From an uncultured Pseudomonadota bacterium (GTDB lineage: Bacteria > Bdellovibrionota_C > UBA2361 > CALMIO01): 64,000 nt of DNA. The position numbers and the translations under genes are program-made. The notes under the pieces were generated by a model. It was not told where the DNA came from, did not search any database, and worked only from the letters and a program-made list of their open reading frames with translations. The stretch is from NCBI GenBank assembly GCA_937864035.1, contig CALMIO010000003.1:14673-78672 (forward strand), read 5' to 3'. Below, one piece after another: positions 41,545 to 50,758 of the stretch (its first letter is position 1; each line of letters begins with the position of its first letter).

Positions 41545-42423
41545 ATGCGCATATTGTTATTTGGGGGCAGTGGACAGCTAGGTTATGAAATTATTAAGCG
41601 CGCCGCCGATCTCAGCTTTCTTATTAGCTCTCCGGTACAAAGTGAACTTGATATTACCGAGCAAACAGAGATTTTATCGCTCGCTAAGAAATTAAAGCCC
41701 GATCTAATTATAAATTGCGCCGCTCACACGGCGGTTGATCAAGCCGAGAGCGAACCAGAGTTGGCATTAAAGATTAATGCCACTGGAGCAAAAAACTGCG
41801 CGTTAGCGGCGAAAGCGACTAACGCTAGGTTGATTCAGCTCTCAACTGATTATGTGTTTAGCGGCGATCAAAAGATCCCTTTGAAAGAGGAGGATTCTAC
41901 AAAACCTCTTTCAGTTTATGGGCAAAGCAAGCTCTTAGGGGAGCAGTGGATACTGCAGGAGTATCAGGAGAATTCATTGATTGTGCGCACCAGCTCTCTT
42001 CACGGGGCGCGAGGCAGTAACTTCGTGAGGACAATGCTCAAACTGTTTAAAGAAAAAGAGTTGGTCGAGGTGGTTGATGATCAGTGGATGTCGCCAACTT
42101 GGGCGGGTTCGCTGGCGGAAATTTTGCTTGATCTTGCCCGTATGCCTGATAAAAAGGGGATAGTGCATGCTTGCGATGCTGGATCGATTTCTTGGTTTGG
42201 TTTTGCGGAAGAGATCTTAAGGCAAGCAAGCGCCAAAGGCGCGACTTTTAACCCGAACTTGCGGCTAAAACCGACCGAACTCGCGCGGAGTGTTCGTCCA
42301 GCTAAGCGCCCTCAATTTTCAGTGCTTGATTGTTCAAGGCTCGAAGGCTGGTTGGCGCGTCCCCGGATCACTTGGCAAGAAGGTTTAGCGCGTCATCTGA
42401 GCGAGATCACCTTTGAGTATTAA
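41545..42423 (+). CDS. rfbD: dTDP-4-dehydrorhamnose reductase
   Basis: 292 aa with RmlD-like layout (GGSGQLG; YGQSKLLGE; STDYVF). Confidence 0.88.
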   Translation: MRILLFGGSGQLGYEIIKRAADLSFLISSPVQSELDITEQTEILSLAKKLKPDLIINCAAHTAVDQAESEPELALKINATGAKNCALAAKATNARLIQLSTDYVFSGDQKIPLKEEDSTKPLSVYGQSKLLGEQWILQEYQENSLIVRTSSLHGARGSNFVRTMLKLFKEKELVEVVDDQWMSPTWAGSLAEILLDLARMPDKKGIVHACDAGSISWFGFAEEILRQASAKGATFNPNLRLKPTELARSVRPAKRPQFSVLDCSRLEGWLARPRITWQEGLARHLSEITFEY

Positions 42424-42442
42424 GTAAGATTACTATATTTTT

Positions 42443-43567
42443 TTGAGTGATATGTTAGATATTAAAAGAGAGGTTGTTTTTACTGTTTTAGCTGGAGGTC
42501 AGGGGACTAGATTTTGGCCGATCAGCAGACAAGCCAAGCCAAAACAATTTCTTCAGCTTGATGGAAGCAATCAGAGTTTATTGCAGGCCGCCATTAAAAG
42601 GGTGCAACCTCTATTAAAGAGTTGTTCTTCTGCCTCTTTATTGGTAATTGGCAACATTAGCCATAAAGGTTTGTTGAAAGAGCAGGCTGGCGAAGCTGAT
42701 TTAATTCTTGAACCAGAAGGGAAAAATACGGCGATTTCAATTGGTTTGGCGGCTCTTTATGCGAAACGCCGCGATCCGAATGCGATTTCGGTTATTCTTG
42801 CCGCCGATCATGTTGTAAAAAACGAGGATATTTTTCGAGAGAGGTTGGCGACTGCCATTAGATTAGCCGATCAAACATCTTCTTTAATCACCTTAGGAAT
42901 AACCCCAAATTCTCCTCATACCGGATATGGTTATATTAAGCGAGGAGAGCTATATCAGGAGGGTGTTTATAAAGTAGAGAGATTTTTTGAAAAACCAAAC
43001 CTTGAACGGGCTCAGCAATATTTAGAAAGCGGGGAGTATTTCTGGAATTCGGGAATGTTTATTTGGAGAGCCGAAAGTATCTTGAGGGCGATCGAGGAAT
43101 TTTTGCCAGAAACTTATTCGGCTTTAAAGATTATTAACGATGGTTTTAGCAGTGGCAGATTAAATCAGATATTAGCAGAGATTTTCCCTCGTTTACAAGC
43201 AATTTCAGTCGATTTTGGGGTTATCGAACATTCGCGTGATTTATTGGTTGTTGAAAGTGGTGATATCGAATGGAGCGATCTTGGTTCTTGGGACTCTTGG
43301 GCCAAGGAGTGTGGCGAGCGAAGATCCAATTCCTTTGACGAGGGTAATTTTGCTGGAAAAAATTTAACCAAAGGAGATGCCTTGCTCTTGGATTGTGAAA
43401 ATTGCATAGTCAATGTTGAAGGTACATATGTGGCGGCGATTGGTTTAAAAGATATTGTTGTGATTGATTCTGGGGACGCTTTGTTGGTCTGTCAGCGCGA
43501 TAAGTTGCAAGATGTTCGCAAGGTGGTGGAGCATTTAAAACGTTCCGGCAGAAATGAATTGATTTAA
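42443..43567 (+). CDS. manC: Mannose-1-phosphate guanylyltransferase (nucleotidyltransferase domain only)
   Basis: 374 aa with an NTP-transferase N-terminus ([18 protein letters not shown]) and a left-handed beta-helix-like C-terminus. No cupin/PMI domain. Confidence 0.8.
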   Translation: MSDMLDIKREVVFTVLAGGQGTRFWPISRQAKPKQFLQLDGSNQSLLQAAIKRVQPLLKSCSSASLLVIGNISHKGLLKEQAGEADLILEPEGKNTAISIGLAALYAKRRDPNAISVILAADHVVKNEDIFRERLATAIRLADQTSSLITLGITPNSPHTGYGYIKRGELYQEGVYKVERFFEKPNLERAQQYLESGEYFWNSGMFIWRAESILRAIEEFLPETYSALKIINDGFSSGRLNQILAEIFPRLQAISVDFGVIEHSRDLLVVESGDIEWSDLGSWDSWAKECGERRSNSFDEGNFAGKNLTKGDALLLDCENCIVNVEGTYVAAIGLKDIVVIDSGDALLVCQRDKLQDVRKVVEHLKRSGRNELI

Positions 43568-43584
43568 TTTTTTGTTTTATCTTT

Positions 43585-44574
43585 ATGAGTAAAAAAACAG
43601 CAATTATTACCGGAATTACCGGACAAGACGGCTCGTATCTTTCCGAATTTTTGCTTGAAAAAGGCTATCAAGTGGTTGGTGTTATTCGCCGCTCGTCAAC
43701 GGAAAATTTCGAGCGGATCGAACACATAAAAGATCGATTGATTTTGGAATCTGGCGATCTTCATGATCAAAGCTCTTTAGTGGCTATTATCTCAAAATAT
43801 CAACCGATAGAGGTTTATAATTTGGCGGCGCAAAGCTTTGTCTCTACCAGTTGGCACCAACCGATTTTGACGGCTGATGCGACCGGCGTTGGCGTTGCTC
43901 GCATTTTGGAGGCGATTAGGCTTGTTAATCCAAAAATCAAGTTTTACCAAGCGAGTTCTTCTGAGATGTTCGGCAAGGTTCAAGAAACACCACAAAAAGA
44001 GACAACTCCTTTTTATCCCCGTTCTCCGTACGGCTGTGCCAAGGCTTTTGGCCATTATTTAACTGTTAATTATCGGGAAAGTTATGGGATGTTCGCCGTT
44101 TCCGGAATTTTGTTTAACCATGAATCTCCTCGGCGAGGTTTGGAGTTTGTTACTCGCAAGATAACCGATGGCGTTGCTAGGATTAAATTAGGGATGGCGA
44201 CGGAGCTCCGTTTGGGCAATCTTGAAGCCAAGAGGGATTGGGGGTTTGCTGGCGACTATGTCAGGGCGATGTGGCTGATGCTCCAGCAGGATCAACCTGA
44301 TGATTTTGTAATCGCCACTGGACAAACTTGGAGCGTTAAGCAGTTTGTTGAATTGGCTTTCGCTAAAGCTGATCTTGATTGGCAAAAATTTGTAAAAACT
44401 GATCAACGTTTTATGCGGCCGGCTGAAGTTGATCTATTGATTGGGGATGCCAGCAAAGCTCGGGCAAAACTTGGATGGCAACCCGAAGTTTCTTTTGAAA
44501 AGCTAGTTGAAATGATGGTTCAAAATGACATTAAAAGGTTATCGACGACTGCTGATCTGAAAAACTCTCGTTGA
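43585..44574 (+). CDS. gmd: GDP-mannose 4,6-dehydratase
   Basis: 329 aa with Gmd-specific blocks ([17 protein letters not shown]; [15 protein letters not shown]; YGCAKAF; [10 protein letters not shown]). Confidence 0.95.
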   Translation: MSKKTAIITGITGQDGSYLSEFLLEKGYQVVGVIRRSSTENFERIEHIKDRLILESGDLHDQSSLVAIISKYQPIEVYNLAAQSFVSTSWHQPILTADATGVGVARILEAIRLVNPKIKFYQASSSEMFGKVQETPQKETTPFYPRSPYGCAKAFGHYLTVNYRESYGMFAVSGILFNHESPRRGLEFVTRKITDGVARIKLGMATELRLGNLEAKRDWGFAGDYVRAMWLMLQQDQPDDFVIATGQTWSVKQFVELAFAKADLDWQKFVKTDQRFMRPAEVDLLIGDASKARAKLGWQPEVSFEKLVEMMVQNDIKRLSTTADLKNSR

Positions 44575-44590
44575 ACTTCTTAAATTTTCC

Positions 44591-45547
44591 ATGAGAGCCC
44601 TGATAACTGGAGGAACTGGTTTTATTGGCAAGCATCTTGCAAGCTATTTAATTAGCTGTGGAGATGATGTTGCCGTTACGGGTATTGAGCCTCGACCAGA
44701 TCTAACAGTTGCGTTGGCCGCGTCTCAAACCTCGGCGCGCTTTATTCAATTTGACATTCGTGATTACAATCGTTGTCGATCAGTGATCGCGGAATATCTG
44801 CCTGATGTTATCTATCATTTAGCGGGCATGGCTTTCGTGCCTGATTGTGAAAGCGATTCGCAAAAAGCGTTTGAAACTAATCTTTATGGGACTTACAATG
44901 TGGCTAAGGCCGCCGCTGAAATTGAGAAAAAGCCAAAATTAATTTTTTTAAGTTCGGCGGCAGTTTACGGTGCTGTTGAAATTTCGGAGCTTCCGGTCGC
45001 TGAAACAAGACTGGCAAAACCAAACGACAATTACGGTTTAAGCAAATTGCTCGCTGAAATAGCGATTGATAAAATCTCTCGGGTTGATGGTTTGCGGTAC
45101 GTTGCTCTTCGGGCGGTTAATCAACTGGGGGCTGAGCAGGATCAACGTTTTGTGACGGCTAATTTTGCGATGCAGATCGCCAAAATCGCTTCTGGCAAAA
45201 GTGATAGCCGCGAGATTTTAACTGGCAATTTGGCAACCGAGAGGGATTTTCTCTCGGTGCGCGACGCTGTTCGCGCTTATCGCTTGGCGGCTTGTTCTGA
45301 TTTTTCCGGCGTTTTGAATCTTGGTAGTGGCAAGAGGCGTAAGATAGGTGAGCTTTTGAAAACGCTTCTTGATATTGCTGGCGTTGAGGCCGAGATTAAA
45401 CAGGATCCCAAGCGGATACGTTTAAAGGAAACACCAGCTTTTGAGGTTTGTATCAGGAAAGTATCTCAGGTTTTGGATTGGCGGCCGACGGTCTCTTTTG
45501 AGGAGATGCTAAAAGAGGTTTACGAATATCAGCTCTCGGTTTTGTAG
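44591..45547 (+). CDS. rmd: NAD-dependent epimerase/dehydratase, probably GDP-4-keto-6-deoxy-D-mannose reductase (Rmd-like)
   Basis: 318 aa. GGTGFIGKHL, YGLSK (YxxxK), and blocks that parallel P. aeruginosa Rmd (ERDFLSVRDAVRAY; EAEIKQDPKRIR). It is adjacent to gmd. Confidence 0.65.
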   Translation: MRALITGGTGFIGKHLASYLISCGDDVAVTGIEPRPDLTVALAASQTSARFIQFDIRDYNRCRSVIAEYLPDVIYHLAGMAFVPDCESDSQKAFETNLYGTYNVAKAAAEIEKKPKLIFLSSAAVYGAVEISELPVAETRLAKPNDNYGLSKLLAEIAIDKISRVDGLRYVALRAVNQLGAEQDQRFVTANFAMQIAKIASGKSDSREILTGNLATERDFLSVRDAVRAYRLAACSDFSGVLNLGSGKRRKIGELLKTLLDIAGVEAEIKQDPKRIRLKETPAFEVCIRKVSQVLDWRPTVSFEEMLKEVYEYQLSVL

Positions 45548-45680
45548 TTATTTATAGCGATAGATAGCTCTAAAAAGCTTTATAAGTTGGCAAAGATATG
45601 TCGATTTAACTTGAATTTTTATCTGATGATGATTATTTTATAGGAAAGAATGCCATATTAAATTATTTTATTTATAACCG

Positions 45681-46574
45681 ATGTTTAAACGAATAACTTT
45701 ATTTCTACTCACAAACCTCCTTGTTATTTTAACCATTTCGATACTCCTTCAGGTTTTGGGGGTTAGGCCGTATCTTACCGCGAACGGTATTGATTTTTCG
45801 GCGCTTATGATCTTTTGCTTGATCTGGGGCTTTACCGGTTCTTTTATCTCCTTACTGCTCTCTAAGCAGATGGCGAAGTGGGCAATGGGGGTAAAAGTTA
45901 TCGATCCAGAACGTTCGAGCGATTATGATTGGCTGATTCAAACCGTTACTAATCAAGCGCGCGCCGCTGGTCTTCGGGTATCGCCCGAAGTTGGCGTTTA
46001 CAATTCACCTGAAATTAACGCTTTTGCCACCGGTCCGACGAAGAATAACAGTTTGGTCGCTGTTTCAACCGGACTGTTAAATTATATGAATAAAGAAGAA
46101 GCGGAAGGGGTTTTGGCGCACGAAGTCGCCCACATAGCCAATGGTGATATGGTGACGATGACTCTGATTCAAGGGGTGGTTAACTCATTTGTTTTATTTT
46201 TATCCCGTTTGTTGGGTTTTGTTGTCAGTCAGGGTGTCAAAGAAGAATCGAGAGCAATGGTCAGAATGATCGTAACTATTCTGCTTGATATATTGCTTGG
46301 AATTTTAGGTATGTTGGTTGTGGCTTATTTTTCCCGTATGCGCGAATATAAAGCCGACGCTGGTAGCGCTCGCATAGCGGGAAGAGATAAGATGATCGCC
46401 GCGCTTGAGGCATTAAAAAGAAACGCTGGGTTACCACCTCCGCAACTAGCCGCCAGCAAGGGGATGCAGGCTTTGATGATATCTAGTGGAGAACGCCGAA
46501 ACGCTTTGTCTCTGCTTTTTTCAACTCATCCGCCGCTAACTGATAGAATTGAAGCGTTAAAAAATTTTGCTTAA
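45681..46574 (+). CDS. htpX: Protease HtpX (M48 family)
   Basis: 297 aa with N-terminal TM helices, HEVAHIANGD (HExxH), and downstream TM helices. Confidence 0.9.
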   Translation: MFKRITLFLLTNLLVILTISILLQVLGVRPYLTANGIDFSALMIFCLIWGFTGSFISLLLSKQMAKWAMGVKVIDPERSSDYDWLIQTVTNQARAAGLRVSPEVGVYNSPEINAFATGPTKNNSLVAVSTGLLNYMNKEEAEGVLAHEVAHIANGDMVTMTLIQGVVNSFVLFLSRLLGFVVSQGVKEESRAMVRMIVTILLDILLGILGMLVVAYFSRMREYKADAGSARIAGRDKMIAALEALKRNAGLPPPQLAASKGMQALMISSGERRNALSLLFSTHPPLTDRIEALKNFA

Positions 46575-46661
46575 AGTATTTTTTGGTACGATTTGTAAAT
46601 CGTTAGCTTGGGATTGCTTGATAAGTTGTTATAGTTAGGAATATGAACGACTTTTTCTTTT

Positions 46662-47201
46662 TTGCCGGAGAAATTGAGCTTGAAAAGCAATCAAACTAAA
46701 TTTGAAAAATCTAAAACTTTCCCCTCAGTAGCGATAGTGCTTGAATCTGCAAGCGATCTTGGTTTGTTTGATGTTGGCGCCAAAATTTTAGAAAAACTAG
46801 ATATATCATATCAGATATTTTCAATCTCTCCATTAAAAGCGCCGCTTGCTCTCTCCGAGTTGGCGCTTTCTGCTGAAGAAAGTGGCTTTGCCGTGATTTT
46901 GGCAAGTAGTGCTAGCGGCGGCGATCTGCCGATCTTGCTTTCTGCCCATACTATCCTTCCAGTTATTGGTTTTGGCTCGGAGAATCTCTCTCTTTGCCGT
47001 AGCTCTAACGGGGCGGCCCTTTCGTTTACCGGTGATTTTGGCAGTGATGGTGTCAATGCCGCTTTAATGGCGGCATCAATTCTTGCTCTTTCCGATCCTA
47101 ATATCAAAAAACGTTTATTGGCTTTTCGAGCCGAACAAAGCGAATCTGTTATGCGCGAGCGCATAATTAAACGTTTCGATCCCAAACTTGTTGATCTTTA
47201 G
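46662..47201 (+). CDS. PurE-fold (AIR carboxylase family) protein, catalytically divergent
   Basis: 179 aa that align along their length with E. coli PurE (VAIVLESASD vs VAIVMGSKSD; ...ILASSASGGDLPILLSAHTILPVIGFGS vs [28 protein letters not shown]). The essential SAHRTP His loop is SISPLKAP, and the GS of GSxSD is ES. Confidence 0.7.
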   Translation: MPEKLSLKSNQTKFEKSKTFPSVAIVLESASDLGLFDVGAKILEKLDISYQIFSISPLKAPLALSELALSAEESGFAVILASSASGGDLPILLSAHTILPVIGFGSENLSLCRSSNGAALSFTGDFGSDGVNAALMAASILALSDPNIKKRLLAFRAEQSESVMRERIIKRFDPKLVDL

Positions 47202-47212
47202 TTCGGCTTTAA

Positions 47213-48253
47213 TTGCAGGCGGTGAATAACTTAGGAAAATCTCTGCTAATTTCTCTGGCTTCGCTTATTTTTACCCTCTTTTTATTTGAGCTTATATATC
47301 GTTTATTTTTTACTGCTCCTTCAGATAATTTGCCAGCTTGGAGCGATCGGCCGCGAAGATACTTTATGGCAGAAGGGTCGACTGACTTTAGGGACTACGC
47401 CTATTCCGATCAGAAGCCAGCGGGTGTTTTTAGAATAGCGGTGGTTGGCGATTCTTACTCCTTTGCTCCATACATGCAATTTACCGACGCTTTCCCGAAA
47501 GTTTTGGAACGGATGCTTAACTTAGCTGGCTCCCAAATCAAAGCTGAAGTAATAAATTACGGCGTGCCGGCATATTCAACCGCGCATGAAGTAGCTTTAG
47601 TTGAAAAAGCGATCCGCCAATCAGCCGATCTTATTATCTTACAGGTTACCCTTAATGATCCAGAGCTCAAGCCTTATCGCCCCACGGGACTTAACCTTAA
47701 TCAAATTGATAAATTTGGACCACTTAAACTCTCGCCGTTCTGGGAGAAGGTTACGGACTTATTTCGTTCTTGGAGGTTTATTCTCGAACGTTTGCACAAC
47801 TTGCGAACTCACAGGGCTTATAAAGAGTATTTTATTGATCTTTTTAAAAACAAAAAAACATTTGATCACTTTAAGCAATCAATTGAGAAAATTTCTAAAA
47901 CCGCAATAGCGGCGAATACCAAAATCGTCGCGGTTATATTTCCGCTATTTGGATTGCCTTTGGATAATAAATATCCTTTTTTTGAAATCCATAAAATAGC
48001 GGGAGATGTTTTAAAAGAGACAGGGATTAAAGTTCTTGATTTATATGAACCCTTTAAAGGCATACCGCTAGAACGTTTGCAGGTAATCGTTGGAGTTGAT
48101 CGACACCCGAACGAGATCGCTCATAGGATATCAGCCGAAGCTATCTATGATTGGCTGGAGGCAGAAGGTATATTGCCAGACGATTTAAGGATAAAAAATT
48201 TTTACAAGGAGCGAATAGGGCTGAACCCTAAAAGCACCTTTGCTTCCAAGTAA
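47213..48253 (+). CDS. Membrane-anchored SGNH/GDSL-family hydrolase
   Basis: N-terminal TM helix (LLISLASLIFTLFLFELIYRLFF), GDS block (RIAVVGDSYSF), and a C-terminal DxxH-like (VDRHPNEIAH). TTG start, with an alternative GTG 3 codons downstream. Confidence 0.7.
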   Translation: MQAVNNLGKSLLISLASLIFTLFLFELIYRLFFTAPSDNLPAWSDRPRRYFMAEGSTDFRDYAYSDQKPAGVFRIAVVGDSYSFAPYMQFTDAFPKVLERMLNLAGSQIKAEVINYGVPAYSTAHEVALVEKAIRQSADLIILQVTLNDPELKPYRPTGLNLNQIDKFGPLKLSPFWEKVTDLFRSWRFILERLHNLRTHRAYKEYFIDLFKNKKTFDHFKQSIEKISKTAIAANTKIVAVIFPLFGLPLDNKYPFFEIHKIAGDVLKETGIKVLDLYEPFKGIPLERLQVIVGVDRHPNEIAHRISAEAIYDWLEAEGILPDDLRIKNFYKERIGLNPKSTFASK

Positions 48254-48285
48254 AATTAGGTATGTACCACGCTACGCTGGAGATT

Positions 48286-49020
48286 TTATTTAAAACTTGT
48301 TCTATACAGCTCAAACCGAAAATTTGCCAAAAAAATAGCCAAGATCGAGGCGATCAAAATAGACGGTAGCCAAGTAATCAAGTTGTTAACGTCGACAAAT
48401 TGGAAATAAACGGCGCCCGGCAGAAGCGGATCACTAAAAACAATGGCGCTTAAAGAGGAGAGATTAAAACCAGTGAGTAATAAAACCGGCAACGTTTGCA
48501 CGAGCAAAACAGGCAACAGCCAGCTGAAGGTGCGATTAAAAAATATCGACGCGCTTTCCGAAAACGCTTCAAGGCCGCCGATCTCTTTTTCAACGATTGT
48601 TTCCGGCAATGAGTTGAAAACGAGCAGTATAATTAGATTAAGGTAAAAAACAAATTCAGGAGAGGAGTGGGCTGCGCTTTGAAGCAAAGATTTAAACAGT
48701 AAATGTCCGATCCAAAAGATAAAATATGTGTTGATAAATAATAAAAAGCGATCAGTGCGAAAAGATAAAAATTTTTTCCAACGGGGTCGCCAGCTGCGGC
48801 CCACGTCCAACAACTCATAAAAATAGGTTAAAACAAAAATCCACAAAATTGCTAGTAGTAGCCCTACAACAAGAGCGTTTGGGAAAAACGCGATGATCTG
48901 GCTGAAAAAGCTTTGCAGAGTAAAAAGCAAGCTGACGGCAATAATGGTAAAAGGAGAATAAACTAGTTCGCTGGCGGCAAAATGCAAAGCCTTCAGGTAT
49001 TTTTTAAATTTTATTTCCAT
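48286..49020 (-). CDS. Polytopic membrane protein, no family recognised
   Basis: 244 aa with about 7 hydrophobic helices. Overlaps the 5' end of pcnB by 10 bp (operon). Confidence 0.6.
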   Translation of the reverse strand: MEIKFKKYLKALHFAASELVYSPFTIIAVSLLFTLQSFFSQIIAFFPNALVVGLLLAILWIFVLTYFYELLDVGRSWRPRWKKFLSFRTDRFLLFINTYFIFWIGHLLFKSLLQSAAHSSPEFVFYLNLIILLVFNSLPETIVEKEIGGLEAFSESASIFFNRTFSWLLPVLLVQTLPVLLLTGFNLSSLSAIVFSDPLLPGAVYFQFVDVNNLITWLPSILIASILAIFLANFRFELYRTSFK

Positions 49021-50264
49021 TGGCAGTCTTGTTTGAGTCGTGCAAAAACATTTGTGAAATAATCACCTCCGGCAATAGCTAATACTGAGAAAAAATCATG
49101 GGCCAGATCAGCTATTTTTCGCGCCTTTAATCCTTTTAGGCTCTGATCTCGTTCAATCCCTTGCAAGGTGTCTTTGATGAACTTGATTAAATCAATAATT
49201 TCATCTTTAGCTCGGCGCGTCATAAATAAATTACCGATTGAATCATTAAGGGCTTGCAATATTCCTTCTTTGCTATTTAACTCTTTTAGTTCTTTTAAAA
49301 ATCTTCCTCTAAAGTCGCTACTACCAATTAATGAGTAAATCACAAGTCCGGCAAGCATTACTAGTTCATCCTTAAATTGTTCGTAAACAACTCTCTTGTC
49401 GCACTCAATAAAAAAACGCTCGTAAAACAACCACTCTGCTCCAGTTTGAGCCGTTTGTGGAATTAGTTTTCCAAGAATACCAGTAGACCTCATTAAATTC
49501 AAAAAAGGAGCGAAAGAGCCGCTTAGCATGTCTTTTTTAAGTTCATCGTATACCCTGACAGCGCTGGCTTTGAGAATTAGATCGCTCGACTCCAGTAGAG
49601 CATTATAGCACTGCTCTTCAATTTTAAAGCCGGTGCGCGCGCTATGCCGTAGAACTCTAAGCAAACGCACCGGATCTTCGGCAAAACGTTCACGTGGATC
49701 GCCAATAACACGAATTGTTTTATTTTGCAGATCTTCCCAACCGCCGACGTAATCGATAATCGAATAACTTCTAAGATCATAAAAGAGGCCGTTAATTGTT
49801 AGATCGCGGCGCAAAGCGTCGGTTTCCTCGGTTCCGTAAACATTTTCTGAGTTTCGAAGATTTTCAAGGGATAAATCTTCCCTGTCTTGGTTCTCTTCAA
49901 TTTCCATCGGTAGGAAACCGGCATTGTCACGAAAAGTAGAGACCTGAATGATACGATCTTTTGAGTAATATACCTGAACTAATTTAAACCTCCTCCCAAT
50001 AATTCGGCTGTTTCTAAAAAGTTTCTGGATTTGGCGTGGCCTGGCGTCGGTACAAACATCAAAATCTTTGGGGCGTTTATTAAGCAGTAAATCGCGCACG
50101 GCTCCGCCAACAAGATGAGCTTTAAAACCGTGTTCGTTTAGGCGCATCATTACTTTCAGAGCGTCTTGGCTTATTCTTTGGCGGGCTATGGAATGAGCAT
50201 GTCTAGGTATGATTTTTGGTTTGATGGCCGTTGTTTTGCTAGCTGTCTTTAAGGCGTTTGGCAT
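49011..50264 (-). CDS. pcnB: Poly(A) polymerase / CCA-adding tRNA nucleotidyltransferase family protein
   Basis: 417 aa with the Pol-beta nucleotidyltransferase head (LVGGAVRDLLL...KDFDV) and an RNA-binding body. The lack of a C-terminal HD domain favours poly(A) polymerase or a CC-/A-adding enzyme. Confidence 0.8.
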   Translation of the reverse strand: MPNALKTASKTTAIKPKIIPRHAHSIARQRISQDALKVMMRLNEHGFKAHLVGGAVRDLLLNKRPKDFDVCTDARPRQIQKLFRNSRIIGRRFKLVQVYYSKDRIIQVSTFRDNAGFLPMEIEENQDREDLSLENLRNSENVYGTEETDALRRDLTINGLFYDLRSYSIIDYVGGWEDLQNKTIRVIGDPRERFAEDPVRLLRVLRHSARTGFKIEEQCYNALLESSDLILKASAVRVYDELKKDMLSGSFAPFLNLMRSTGILGKLIPQTAQTGAEWLFYERFFIECDKRVVYEQFKDELVMLAGLVIYSLIGSSDFRGRFLKELKELNSKEGILQALNDSIGNLFMTRRAKDEIIDLIKFIKDTLQGIERDQSLKGLKARKIADLAHDFFSVLAIAGGDYFTNVFARLKQDCQWK

Positions 50265-50449
50265 TGGCTTAAAAATGTATGTTAGCTGTTTAGCGATAAC
50301 TACTATCTAAAGGTAATAAATTGATCGGTCGATTATCAATTGTAGAAATTAGCGGGTCAAACTGGCCATAATTGTATAATATTCAGCCTAGCTAATTAAT
50401 AGATACTCCTAAAAAGAGCAATTAAATAAGGCGGAGGTAGAAATAAAAG

Positions 50450-50689
50450 ATGGCACGAGGTTTTTATAATACCGAATTTAATGATCCAGACTTAAAATGG
50501 TTAATAGAGAGTTTTTGTGACAATAAAGGTGAATGCATTATTGTTGCTGGCGCGCAACAGCCGATAGTCTTACTGCCGCTTAACCAATCTAAAACCGCTC
50601 AACTTATTGGCTCAAGTAACTCTATCGACAAAAATCCGCAAATTAACAACAACGCTAAGCAGATTAAAAGTAATAATCATAATTGCTAG
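50450..50689 (+). CDS. Small hypothetical protein (79 aa)
   Basis: GGAGG lies about 11 nt upstream of the ATG. Divergent from pcnB and convergent with icd. Asn/Gln-rich tail and no homology recognised. It could be non-coding. Confidence 0.3.
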   Translation: MARGFYNTEFNDPDLKWLIESFCDNKGECIIVAGAQQPIVLLPLNQSKTAQLIGSSNSIDKNPQINNNAKQIKSNNHNC

Positions 50690-50758
50690 CCTAGAGTCAA
50701 TTCGCCGCCGCCAAGTTGTAAACGGTTATTGATTCCCTTTGCAGACTATGGCTCTTTA

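Noticed and set aside
46575-46600. ACGATTT-gt-AAATCGT hairpin after htpX as a terminator
   Set aside because: The loop is only 2 nt and no T-run follows on the plus strand, so it is not convincing.
46811-47185. 124-aa minus-strand ORF antisense to the PurE-like gene
   Set aside because: The plus-strand frame aligns colinearly with PurE and the antisense frame has no features.
47601-48063. ORFs 47601..47909 (+) and 47866..48063 (-) within the SGNH hydrolase gene
   Set aside because: Alternative or antisense frames. The hydrolase frame carries the GDS block, the DxxH-like block and the TM anchor.
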